Shown here in pieces: positions 1 to 10,100 of a DNA stretch of 64,000 bases (the stretch's first letter is position 1; each line of letters opens with the position of its first letter). This DNA is from a virus, in the IMG/VR virus record IMGVR_UViG_3300031521_000009, one strand, 5' to 3'. Under the pieces are notes generated by a model. That model ran no database searches. It saw only the letters and a program-made list of their open reading frames with translations, and had not been told where the DNA came from. The position numbers and the translations under genes are program-made.

Positions 1-1567
1 TATCATCATAGTTTTGGAATTGATTATAAGAAGCCGGTGTTTTACGACCTTTCTTCATTGTTTCAATCCACATGGTTCCAAGCTTACGATAGTACATCCA
101 TTTACCCGAAGTCATGTTATCAGGTTTTTGGCTTTTATCCATTATCATACCTTTTACTCCGGATAAGGCAATTGTAAGTTCTTTCTTATAATTTACAATA
201 TCATAAAGTTCTATCAGTTCTCGTACTCTCCATATAAGAGAATATGGTTTTTCAGACGCTGTGTTGAATGATCTGGCAACAAGTGGCAGTGTAGGAAGTC
301 CAGGCATATCAAGTGGTCTAAAAACGTTCTCTTGTTTACCCATATTGACATGAATAACGTTTCCAATAACAACAACATGATACATATCATAAATGACAGC
401 GCGATTACGTATTTCATCTTTTCTTAGTTTAGCATCTTTTGTTGTGAGATGTACAAAGTATTCTTCCGGACGATATTTGTTTGGTGTTTTTTTCCAAAAT
501 ATTTCGCGAGGTACCAAAAACCAAATACGTGATACTTCAATTGCATTATGTTGATCATTGAAGTTTTCACTATTATCAAAGTAAACACTATTACCAATAT
601 AGTTTTTTAAAGCAGTAGCATCACCAAGACTGTATGCTTGAATAATTAGTTCCTCAGATTTTGTCAATTCAAATTCAGAGAATACTTGACTTTTATTCAT
701 ATACTCTTTTGTAAAACACCACTCACCATTTTGTGTCCAACGGTTATTTCCACCTTTAGAATAAGCTGCAGTATTAGCATCAACTTGTTTGAAAACTACA
801 TTCTTTGTTCTAGGATTGTAGTAAGTAATATAAGTTGGTTTACCGGTTACAATTTTTTCACGAAGTCCTACATTCCAATGTTGTTTTAAATCTTCTGTCT
901 GAATAGCTGATTTTAATGCAGCATTAGCAACTTGTTGCATTATTTCAACATCAGTATTTAGCAAGAAATAATCAATATGTTTTTGCATTTCATTATTATC
1001 CAATGAAACACGAGAAAGATTTCTGATAATTTTCTGCATCTCCAATTGGATCATAGGCATATTCTTTTTCAGTTCTTCCATTTGAACTTGTGCTTGTTCG
1101 TTGTTCGGTTGAACTTCTAATTGCTTTTGCATATCACTCATTCTATCTTGAACTTGTTGAATCTGCTGTTGAACAATAGCATCACGTTCTTTATACATTT
1201 CCAAGCGAGCATTTAGACTAGCTTTAATGCGATTTTCATACTTCAATTGAAGTGTACGTTCATCCATAGCAATTGCTTTGCTTTTGAATGACCTACGAGC
1301 TTGTTTAGACTCTAAGATATTAAGTTTGCTTCTCACAATCTCATTACCTATATTTCTAAACTTGGCCGGATAAGTAAAACCCTCAACCTTTGTTAAGTAT
1401 TCAAACTTTGTATTATCTACAATACCATGGTAAATATTCCAACATTTCCTGTCTTTTACATTATCTTCATGAAAATCAGAAGCACCGGATGATAAAATAT
1501 ATTTGGCAACTTCTTTGAAATAGTTGTCATCTTTATTCTCGTTATTGATTAATTTTTCTGGAAACAT
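1..1567 (-). CDS. Portal protein, crAss-like (3' end truncated by window edge)
   Basis: Absent from the ORF track. Starts ATG TTT CCA GAA AAA TTA ATC at 1567, just after the TerL stop. The same frame reads ...MKKGRKTPASYNQFQNYDD at the window edge, resembling the crAss portal 'NQFQ' segment. Both ends were translated by hand. TerL-portal adjacency is typical of Crassvirales. Confidence 0.8.
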   Translation of the reverse strand, partial: MFPEKLINNENKDDNYFKEVAKYILSSGASDFHEDNVKDRKCWNIYHGIVDNTKFEYLTKVEGFTYPAKFRNIGNEIVRSKLNILESKQARRSFKSKAIAMDERTLQLKYENRIKASLNARLEMYKERDAIVQQQIQQVQDRMSDMQKQLEVQPNNEQAQVQMEELKKNMPMIQLEMQKIIRNLSRVSLDNNEMQKHIDYFLLNTDVEIMQQVANAALKSAIQTEDLKQHWNVGLREKIVTGKPTYITYYNPRTKNVVFKQVDANTAAYSKGGNNRWTQNGEWCFTKEYMNKSQVFSEFELTKSEELIIQAYSLGDATALKNYIGNSVYFDNSENFNDQHNAIEVSRIWFLVPREIFWKKTPNKYRPEEYFVHLTTKDAKLRKDEIRNRAVIYDMYHVVVIGNVIHVNMGKQENVFRPLDMPGLPTLPLVARSFNTASEKPYSLIWRVRELIELYDIVNYKKELTIALSGVKGMIMDKSQKPDNMTSGKWMYYRKLGTMWIETMKKGRKTPASYNQFQNYDD

Positions 1568-1577
1568 AATATTGATT

Positions 1578-3614
1578 TTAAGAAGCGAATTTAATATTTT
1601 GATTATTCTCAGATACATATCCACCATATGTGTCCTCTTCTAGTTCTTCTCCTTCTGAATAGGCTGCGAACTCTTGTGTTTCTAATGCACTGGCAACATT
1701 TAATGCACTGGCAATTGTAATATCACAATTATATTTTGGTGACTTTTTGAATTTGGCAAAAGCTTCAATCTGTCGTATATCAAACATCTTATCAATAATG
1801 GCAAAATCATCTTGCTTCATCTTATCTCTCCAAATATTTAAAGCATGTGGTATAAATGATTGTTCTACTCCATAACGTTGTGCAGCCTTACCATCTTGTA
1901 CATATTGACTAATTACCATTTGTGGGCGTTCTTGTAATAGAAACTCACAACCGGCCCGCTTATAATAATCAAAAATCAATACATTGGAATATTCAATCAA
2001 ATTCTCACACTCACCATAGAGATAACAAAGCTTTATTGAATCTTCATAGAACTGATAATTTCCACCTTCATCTTCTGTTGGTCGTTCTGTCACCCGGGCA
2101 ACCCAATGATCAAATGTATGATGTGAATCAATAGCTCCTTTCCAAATAGAACAACTACCCAATGAGAATGATGTTTCACTTTCTACTTTGTCATAGCTGT
2201 CCGTAGCGGCACTATAAAGATTTTTCCATACTTTCCCATAGCCATCAACTTCCGGTGCCTGTATGATAAGGAAACGACCTAATTCAGATGGTACAAGTTC
2301 TACTCCTTTACCCCAATCAAATGGATCAATCCAATTGATTTCTGCATTGTAAGCAATTTGCTGTTCACGATGGGTAAGAAGATATCGTTTTCTATCATTC
2401 AATTTTTGATTAGCCGTTTCTCCAAGAAAACCACCAGTAGCCACCATAAACATTTGTGATAAATAGAGTGGTTTAGCAGTAAGAGCAATGTAACGCTCAG
2501 AAGAATTTTTACTCGATAATTCTTTTTGAATCGAAACAATACTTTCCTCTATCAAACTATTACCATCTTCATCAATAATTTCAAACTCATAAGCTGGAAC
2601 AAAGGCCGCTACCTTACCAGTCGAAGAGATTTCATCTTCTTCCCATATATTATCAAACTCGAGTAAGTCAAACTTAGCCGGATTGTATGCCATTTCCTCT
2701 ACATCAGCAACAGACTCGTCCATATCACCACCAGTACCAATATACATTTGATAACCGGTTTTGTCACCCTCTGCGAGTAGAGATGGTTTGACAAACTCTG
2801 CAGTTTGCTTAAGCGTGTCTTTTTTCCACTTTCCAATTTCTTCATATAATATCCAAAAAGGTGTAAGTCCTGAAACAGCTTGCGTATTATCTTTTGCAGT
2901 AATACAGTAGACTTCACTACCAAAACCGAGCATAAGCGTTCTTTTCTCTCCGGTTTCTTCATTTATTACTTCTTCACGATATGAAGATTTAATATAGTCA
3001 TTTCTATTTGGTGACCTACGTTTGTAGAACTCACTATCTCCTAGCCAATCCAAACCACGAACTACATTACTCATGGTATGCTCAGCATAGTTTCCTTGAC
3101 CGGCAACAATTACATTTTGTGATCCTGGAATAAAAATGAAGTTGTAACCAATATTACTTGCAGCATATTCAGAGAATCCTTTCTGTCTTGACTTAGGAAA
3201 TAACAAATCTTTTGCATTTAAGAACATAAGTTCTATACACATGAATTTGAAATAATCTAATGATGTAAATTTAGGATGGCGTTTATCCTTTCTCTTTACG
3301 TTATCAAGCTTAGCTAAGATTACCCAAAAATTTAAATAGAAATACATTCGCCCGGGAATCCAAATATCATATCCACGCTTTGTAGCATTTGGAACAATAT
3401 ATCCTTTGACACAACGACGATATTGTTCATGCCACCACGCTTGGTAGTCTGGACTATCTTTATTGGGTTGCATTTCATTCTTGTTATAGATAACAGGACT
3501 GAAACGTTTAGTATCTTTGAAATCTCTTGTTAGACACATGTTATCAATGTCCGGAACAAGTGTTCTATCCATTGCTAAAATATCATCTAAATATGTAAGC
3601 TTAATATCAGCCAT
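1578..3614 (-). CDS. terL: Terminase large subunit
   Basis: 678 aa with crAss-type Walker A KSRQKGFS, Walker B ILYEEIG, GTGG coupling motif, and C-terminal RNase H-like nuclease (ATDSYD...NCDITIA). Confidence 0.93.
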   Translation of the reverse strand: MADIKLTYLDDILAMDRTLVPDIDNMCLTRDFKDTKRFSPVIYNKNEMQPNKDSPDYQAWWHEQYRRCVKGYIVPNATKRGYDIWIPGRMYFYLNFWVILAKLDNVKRKDKRHPKFTSLDYFKFMCIELMFLNAKDLLFPKSRQKGFSEYAASNIGYNFIFIPGSQNVIVAGQGNYAEHTMSNVVRGLDWLGDSEFYKRRSPNRNDYIKSSYREEVINEETGEKRTLMLGFGSEVYCITAKDNTQAVSGLTPFWILYEEIGKWKKDTLKQTAEFVKPSLLAEGDKTGYQMYIGTGGDMDESVADVEEMAYNPAKFDLLEFDNIWEEDEISSTGKVAAFVPAYEFEIIDEDGNSLIEESIVSIQKELSSKNSSERYIALTAKPLYLSQMFMVATGGFLGETANQKLNDRKRYLLTHREQQIAYNAEINWIDPFDWGKGVELVPSELGRFLIIQAPEVDGYGKVWKNLYSAATDSYDKVESETSFSLGSCSIWKGAIDSHHTFDHWVARVTERPTEDEGGNYQFYEDSIKLCYLYGECENLIEYSNVLIFDYYKRAGCEFLLQERPQMVISQYVQDGKAAQRYGVEQSFIPHALNIWRDKMKQDDFAIIDKMFDIRQIEAFAKFKKSPKYNCDITIASALNVASALETQEFAAYSEGEELEEDTYGGYVSENNQNIKFAS

Positions 3615-3617
3615 AAA

Positions 3618-4259
3618 TTATTTTGCTATAAAATATCCACCTATTGCACCGGCGCCTAAATAAAACCAAATATCATTTTTACTCCACCATCCCGTTGAAC
3701 GTTTTAATGCTCCAATCAAATCTTTTTTTTCTTTTTGAAGAACAAGATTTTCATTTTTGGATTGTTCTGTTTCTTCTACTTGTAGAAAGTATTTTTTAGT
3801 TACATCAGTCAGACTTAATTCGGTACTTGCTAATTTTTTCTCAGTACTTTTTATGATGGTATCTTTCTGCTGCAGAGAAATATTTTTTAGTCCTACAAGA
3901 CTGTCACAATTTGCAAGAGTATGCTTAGTAGTATCGGTATTATAATCATTCTCAAACTTACTTATCTTATTTGTAAGAACTGAATTTTTGTTCTTATAAG
4001 TAGTAATCGTTTTAGTTGATTCTAAGCGATCTTTAGCCCTCAAAGTATTCACACTATCGATAGAGTCTTTTAATTGCTTACGATAAGCGCTAGTTGCTGT
4101 ATTATACCCATTACGATATGCAGATGATAGTTCTTGATTTACAATCAAGTTAGATGCTTGTTTTGATTGACATGATTTAAACCAACCGCCAATAAACAAC
4201 AAAAGCGCGATAGAAATTATCGCACTTATTATCCAGTTTTTCTTTATATATTTTATCAT
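3618..4259 (-). CDS. Putative spanin (N-terminal hydrophobic/lipobox-like segment, coiled coil, C-terminal hydrophobic tail)
   Basis: Hydrophobic N-terminus ending FKSC, heptad-rich middle, C-terminal WFYLGAGAIGGYFIAK. Last gene of the lysis cassette. Confidence 0.55.
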   Translation of the reverse strand: MIKYIKKNWIISAIISIALLLFIGGWFKSCQSKQASNLIVNQELSSAYRNGYNTATSAYRKQLKDSIDSVNTLRAKDRLESTKTITTYKNKNSVLTNKISKFENDYNTDTTKHTLANCDSLVGLKNISLQQKDTIIKSTEKKLASTELSLTDVTKKYFLQVEETEQSKNENLVLQKEKKDLIGALKRSTGWWSKNDIWFYLGAGAIGGYFIAK

Positions 4260-4477
4260 TGTTCTCGCGTCCCTCCTGTTACGTCACTATCTTTTGTAAG
4301 AAAAGCAATTATTGCTGCAAGGAATATACTAATAGGAGAAAGGACCGATGCAACATCAAGAAGTGTGCATTTACCGGTATAAACAAGAAATAAACAAATG
4401 AATAAAACAATTATTCCAATAACACCCATTAAAGATGTTTTCCATGATTTGTGCTTATAAGAAGTACGTGGTTTCAT
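4256..4477 (-). CDS. Holin (2 TM)
   Basis: Likely start ATG 4477 (MKPRTSYKHKSWKTSLMGVIG). WKT-LxG motif and two TM helices, next to the endolysin. Confidence 0.7.
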   Translation of the reverse strand: MKPRTSYKHKSWKTSLMGVIGIIVLFICLFLVYTGKCTLLDVASVLSPISIFLAAIIAFLTKDSDVTGGTREQ

Positions 4478-4505
4478 AATTATTAATTTTATGTGTAAAT
4501 ACAAC

Positions 4506-4535
4506 ATTAGGGAATGAACTTAATCACTCCCTAAT
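4506..4535 (-). other. Stem-loop between micropeptide ORF and holin
   Basis: Minus strand ATTAGGGAGTGA-ttaagt-TCATTCCCTAAT, a 12-bp stem with one G-U and no strong U tract. Confidence 0.55.
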
Positions 4536-4547
4536 AGATAATAAATA

Positions 4548-4619
4548 TCAACAAGTTTTCTTGTTTGACATTGGTTTCTTCTTTCCAGAAGAAGCAGGTT
4601 TTTTCTTTGTACCAGCCAT
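4548..4619 (-). CDS. Lys-rich micropeptide MAGTKKKPASSGKKKPMSNKKTC (23 aa)
   Basis: Hand-translated. A-rich leader (aaaactaaacattATG), fills the gap between endolysin and holin. Confidence 0.5.
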   Translation of the reverse strand: MAGTKKKPASSGKKKPMSNKKTC

Positions 4620-4643
4620 AATGTTTAGTTTTAAAAATGAATA

Positions 4644-5132
4644 CTACCGACCAAAGTAAAGTTTTACATCAAGTTTTCTACGCTTAATCAAACCATTGGA
4701 AGGTTTACCTTTCGAATTAATCCATTTATTAAACTCATGTTCAATATTTGGATCGTTGGAATTTGCAAGAACAAGTTTTAAAAGACGACTGTCGCCAAGT
4801 CCTTCTGGTGTAGAATCAATATCAATATCGCTACCAACATTGTAAGCAAAATCTACAAGTGCATCAAATTTACCTTGATTTACTTCAACTGGACCAAGTA
4901 AGTAAATTACATCTTTCTCAAATTGTCTTACATCATATTTTAAAAGTTCGTCAGCTTTACTTTGTGTAATAGCAGGATCTTTCAGACTTACACGAACACC
5001 ATTTGAATATCGAGTACTACCCCAACCAATAGTAGGAATACCAGATTGACATAAATAAGGTTTAAGTTCACACCCTTCACATGATTTTAATACTGCATAT
5101 CCTTTTTCTGAAAATTTTAAATTTGTATTCAT
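4644..5132 (-). CDS. Endolysin, GH24 phage lysozyme
   Basis: EG-x-LKPYLCQSGIPTIGWGST, FDALVDFAYNVG and GLIKRR motifs. Confidence 0.92.
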   Translation of the reverse strand: MNTNLKFSEKGYAVLKSCEGCELKPYLCQSGIPTIGWGSTRYSNGVRVSLKDPAITQSKADELLKYDVRQFEKDVIYLLGPVEVNQGKFDALVDFAYNVGSDIDIDSTPEGLGDSRLLKLVLANSNDPNIEHEFNKWINSKGKPSNGLIKRRKLDVKLYFGR

Positions 5133-5145
5133 AATATGTATTTAT

Positions 5146-5517
5146 TTAATCCGATTTATTTTCAATATCTAAAGCACGCATTTTAATTGCTACTGGACAA
5201 TTATCTGTATTGTCTTTATTATGTTTGCAACTTTTATTAGAACTTACAATCATTCTATATGCTGAGATAAGTCTTTGTGAACGATTATCTTTTTTTAGAA
5301 GTTTTTCAACATCTTGTTCAAGAGTTTCAATTTTCTTCTCAGCTTCTAATTTCCATTTAAGAAGAAGATTTAGTGAAGTCTCCCATGATTGATTTTCTTT
5401 GATAATTGCATTACTTTTTCGAATGCTAATAGAGGATGGAGAAAAATATGAAACAATACTCATTGCTCCACCAGCAGCTCCAATAGCTCCACCTATTAAT
5501 ATTAAAATATTATCCAT
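5146..5517 (-). CDS. Membrane protein with coiled coil (holin/antiholin-like)
   Basis: N-terminal TM plus coiled coil, directly upstream of the endolysin. Confidence 0.5.
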   Translation of the reverse strand: MDNILILIGGAIGAAGGAMSIVSYFSPSSISIRKSNAIIKENQSWETSLNLLLKWKLEAEKKIETLEQDVEKLLKKDNRSQRLISAYRMIVSSNKSCKHNKDNTDNCPVAIKMRALDIENKSD

Positions 5518-5681
5518 CGTTTTCTTTTTATATAAGTTTCGTCAATTTTTTTTGATTCCTCTAGTAGTCGTATTAAATGATCTATTTCATTAGCAGTCAT
5601 ATTATCACAAACTCCATTATCTATTGCTTTTATAACTCTTTTGAAGAGTCGTATGATTGTTTTTTTTAGCGTAGCATCCAT
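5502..5681 (-). CDS. Unannotated 59-aa protein, paralogue of the N-terminal domain of HTH protein 17520..17813
   Basis: Hand translation MDATLKKTIIRLFKRVIKAIDNGVCDNMTANEIDHLIRLLEESKKIDETYIKRKRWIIF. Overlaps both neighbours and aligns ungapped to VLKMIENNECEDLTNEELEQISIL. Confidence 0.75.
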   Translation of the reverse strand: MDATLKKTIIRLFKRVIKAIDNGVCDNMTANEIDHLIRLLEESKKIDETYIKRKRWIIF

Positions 5682-6042
5682 AGTAAAAATATAGAAATAT
5701 TGATAAACTCAAAGATAATAATAAAATAGCACTCAAACAGTAAAATATATATGGCAATTTTATATTAACCTTATATAAATCTACTAAGACTAAAATTAAA
5801 ATATCCGTGTAGATTAATATTCTATGCCAGGAACAAAATCTAAATGTATAAGATAATGCTAACATACCTATATGAAATAAATAACAATGACAAATTATAG
5901 TCGTATGTGAAGTATATGCTGTATAATCAATAAATCCAAAAGCTTCCCCAGTCATACCTATAGCTAAATAAACTGTAAGTATAACTGGGAATAACTTTAC
6001 GAAGTAAAGAGATACATATCTTGATATATGTTCAAGATTCAT
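5617..6042 (-). CDS. Four-TM membrane protein (FRFCSWHR motif)
   Basis: 141 aa with four hydrophobic segments and a His/Cys-containing loop. Confidence 0.7.
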   Translation of the reverse strand: MNLEHISRYVSLYFVKLFPVILTVYLAIGMTGEAFGFIDYTAYTSHTTIICHCYLFHIGMLALSYTFRFCSWHRILIYTDILILVLVDLYKVNIKLPYIFYCLSAILLLSLSLSIFLYFYYGCYAKKNNHTTLQKSYKSNR

Positions 6043-6047
6043 AATTC

Positions 6048-6557
6048 TTATTTGCTAGGTGGGAATGTTGCACCACCTGAGTCCGGGCTTTTTTTATCAT
6101 CAGCTTGATCAGAACTTTCTTTTTTAATTTTCATTTGTTTCCAATTATTTGGTTGTGAAAAAAATTTAAGAGTAATTAAAGAATTCATAGGTATTCCTTT
6201 TGTAGAACGAACTGTTGATTCTTTAATCTCTACTAATGAAATTTTACGTTCAATTTCAAAATCTTTTTGAAGTTTTGCTTGAAGAATTTTATATTCTTTT
6301 TGTTCATCTAATGAAAGTAATAATATACTATCATCATGTTGAGCATTTACTTCTTTCCCTTTTTCTTGAATAATATTTTCTAATTCAATTAAACGTGGAT
6401 TAATTGTTTTTTGAATTTTATTATTTTCTTTTTCAAGAATTTCAAAGTTATCTAAGATAAGACAATTTAATTCAGTATTATCAATACCTTTAGCAGAAAA
6501 AATTGTCATTAAATTACTAATCTCAAAAAACTTTACTCTAATTTCTCCAATTTTCAT
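6048..6557 (-). CDS. Hypothetical protein; last 28 aa (ATG 6134) may be an independent peptide MKIKKESSDQADDKKSPDSGGATFPPSK
   Basis: Helical 140-aa body, then a T7 run, an A-rich leader and an internal ATG before a compositionally distinct tail. Confidence 0.55.
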   Translation of the reverse strand: MKIGEIRVKFFEISNLMTIFSAKGIDNTELNCLILDNFEILEKENNKIQKTINPRLIELENIIQEKGKEVNAQHDDSILLLSLDEQKEYKILQAKLQKDFEIERKISLVEIKESTVRSTKGIPMNSLITLKFFSQPNNWKQMKIKKESSDQADDKKSPDSGGATFPPSK

Positions 6558-6604
6558 GATGGTTTTTTTTTATTTATTGATTTATATATAAGAAATTTTT
6601 ATTA

Positions 6605-7102
6605 TTAAGTTGGTGCAGATACTAAATCAGTACAATAATATGTTACTCCATCTACAACAATATATGTTCTAAAATAATATATTTTATTTGCTATTAAAGG
6701 AGTACTGGTATTAATAGTAAGTGTTTGATATGTTACACTTATATCACTATTTGTACGTGTCCCTATAATATAATCATTATAAGAACGTGTAGGATTAGGA
6801 GCTGAATTCCAACAAATACCATACACTATAGAGCTACTAACTGGTGCTGTAAAAGTCATCCAATAAGCAATAAAAGTAGATAAGTTAGTAACTGTTGCAT
6901 TAGAAATACTTGTATTTATTGTAACAGTTATATGTTTATAGTTTCTAAAATTATATAAACTATTCTTAGAACCAACATATAGAGAATCAAATGTACCAGT
7001 AGCTGCTGTAAACAATTCAGTCAAACTTCTATCACTTGAATCTCCATATATTTCAGTAACAACATCTCTTTGATTAAATGTAGTTATATCAGGAACAGCC
7101 AT
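6605..7102 (-). CDS. Tail-fibre-associated protein with C-terminal Ig/FN3-like domain
   Basis: Follows the fibre gene. Thr/Ser-rich, with a YGICWNSAPNPT...YYFRTY beta-sandwich pattern. Confidence 0.5.
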   Translation of the reverse strand: MAVPDITTFNQRDVVTEIYGDSSDRSLTELFTAATGTFDSLYVGSKNSLYNFRNYKHITVTINTSISNATVTNLSTFIAYWMTFTAPVSSSIVYGICWNSAPNPTRSYNDYIIGTRTNSDISVTYQTLTINTSTPLIANKIYYFRTYIVVDGVTYYCTDLVSAPT

Positions 7103-10100
7103 ACTTATCCTCCAATTGTTTTATTCTTGATTCTGCGTTAGCTAATTTGGCTACCAATAAATCAAAATATTTCACTTTATATTCTCCTTCTATATCTCCG
7201 ACTACAAATTCTTCAAATCCGCTACTTAGCAAATCTTGCGCTATAACACCAAACCTAAGTTCGTCTAAATTATTTTTAAAATTAAACTCGACTAAGTCAA
7301 TAGAGCTATAGTCTTTTAGTATTGGTCTTATGTTAGTCTTTAAGGTTCTATCTGATGATAAATTAAAATTAGTTGCACTTACGTCACCACTAAATGTTCC
7401 TGTAGTCGCTCCAGTAATTGCACCACTAATATTTGCACTACCATTAAAGGATTGTCCCCAAATAGTTCTAGCTGTTTGCAATATAGTAGCAGTACCAGCA
7501 TTACCCGTTATAGTAGTTTGTGTGGCTAACCTTGAATCATTACCTTGACAAAATGTTCCTGCTATTGTACCAAAGGAACCGACTTGTAAGATACCTCCAG
7601 TACCTGTTATAATAGGTAAACTAGCAACAGTTCCTATCAATCCTCCACTAGTTATATTTCCATGAACATGTGTAGTTAATGAATAAGAGCCTGACGCTTG
7701 TTTGTTATTGATCTGACCTTGCAATTTTTCAATCGCTGATTCTAAAGTATCGGTGTTCAAAACAGTGCTATTTGCACCAACCGTAAAGCCTGTAATTACT
7801 TGTGAGAATAGATCGGTAATTCCATAACCGATAACTGTAGTTGGCCGGATACTAATTTCTGACCATGAGTAACTAGGTTTTGTCGCTGATTTAGCCCATG
7901 CAGAAACATCAGATGCTACACGAGCATCTGAAAGTCTTGAATCATTTCCTTGACAAAATGTACCTGCTGTTGTACTGAAGGAACCCGCTTGTAAAATACC
8001 GCCAGTACCAGTTATAATTGGCAAAGATGCTATTGAACCTATATATCCACTATTAGTTATATTACCATGAGAGTGAGTATTCAATGAGTAATTAGAAGGA
8101 ATAAAATTTCCACTAGTCCAAACCGTATTCCATGCACCCGTAGACCTTCTTTGATACATGTTGCCATCGCTACTGAATCCTAATTGATGGAAATATGTGG
8201 AAGTGCCATTATAAGTATCAATAGTCAATACTGCATTAGCATTATCTACTGTAGTAAATTTATTAGTTGATGCTGCACCAAGTCTTGAATATGATAATAA
8301 CTTATCTACATTAAGAGTATTTAAATCCAATGTTGGCATACTTGCAGAGTTGCTTAAAGAGCTATGTGTATGGATAGTTGGTGAATAATAACTTCCATGC
8401 TGTCCATCTAGTAAATCAGCATTAAAATCACTAACCATAGTAGTAGATGCTACAGTTAATGGTGCTGTTCCAGTTGCTATTGTTGATTGAAGTTGAGTAG
8501 CATTGACTGTTGACAAAAAGACTCCCCTACCATCACCATATAATTTTACATTAGGGGTAAATACAGACGAAGATATTATACCCAACTGCCATATATTTGT
8601 TCCCGCTGACCCAATTGAAGTATTTAAAACCTCCCCAGTCATATATCTATTTACCCACCAGTCAGTAATTCCTTGTGTTCTAGGATATATAGCCATATTT
8701 GCAGCATATCCAATATCCCCAGTTATCCTAATATTTGCTGCTTGATTAGAAGTACCTTGATTTTGAATATAATTAGACATACCACTAGGTAAACTAGTTA
8801 ACCCATTACCACTTCCTATAAAATTAGTTGCACTGACTGTAGATGCAAAAGTTGCTGCTCCATCGACTTGTAGATTAGTATTTGTAGATGATATAAATGA
8901 ACCATCTGTATTACATTGTCCTAACCTAATTACCGAGCCACTACCTCCTATTCCCCATATATTAGATGAAGTCCAATTTCCTATAAATGCAGCAGAATTA
9001 TATAGATAAGTTCTATAAACTCCATTTATATAACTATTAGCAGCTTGCGCTGAACTATTTTGATTCTGTATTGCATCTGTAATTCCATAGTTAGATAAAG
9101 TAGTTGGATGATTACCAGTATTCCATGGAGTATAACCTAAAGCAGTAGTAACCATTCCTGAATTGATACCAGTTATCCATCCACCATAGTTACCAAGATT
9201 ATTATTAAATTGACTGAGATTAGTTGGAAAATCACTAACTTGTGACTTAGTAATGCTTATACCAGTAGATTTATTCCATGCCGTAAATACGGGATCTGTC
9301 TCAGTAAAACTAGATAGGTAGTTATGCGTATGAGTAGTTATCAGTCCAGTAAGAACCGATTCTACATTCTCCTTAGTTATTCCACTAATATAACTATTTG
9401 GATTTGATGCCAAGTAATAAGATGAGCTATCATAGCTTATGGTGGTTCCATTAGCCTTTACAAATCCAATTCCATTCAATTGTGGCTGTCCGGCAAGACT
9501 AGATAAAGTTTGGTCGCCAGTATTAGTACCACTTACTGCATTCAATGCTACAATATTTGAATGTATATCACTAGAATATGCAACATTACTTGCTGATGTA
9601 ACTAAACCTTTTCCATTAACCGTTATATTATTAAAAGTACCTACATTAGCATTTACTGTTGCTAAAGTTAGTACAGTAGAACCTATTACATCACCAGTAT
9701 GCGTTGCATTACTTAATTTATTATTGAAAATATTCCAATCAGTAGAAGATAATGCTCCGGTAGTTATTGTAGAAGATAAACCCAATGATATTGCTTGACC
9801 AGATAAAGAAAGACCATTACTTGTTCCTAGAGTAACAGCAACATGTTTATCATAACTTACTTTTTGTAATGCTGTTAATATACTATCAGTTGTTGATATT
9901 GTACCTGATGTTGCTACATAACCAGAAAGTATAGTATTTAATATATCTGTAATTCCATATCCTGCAACTGTTGTTGGATGATTACTTACACTCCATTGTA
10001 ATATGTTAGCAACATTTGAAAGACCTATATCTGACTTATTCAATACAACAGCACCTATGTGACCATTTACAGAAATAACTGCATCTGTATTATCAACTTT

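Noticed and set aside
214-889. ORF-track calls 214..417 and 686..889
   Set aside because: Shadow frames inside the portal gene.
1578-3614. Intein or intron in TerL (frequent in crAss-like phages)
   Set aside because: The length is ordinary and no intein splice-junction or LAGLIDADG motifs are visible.
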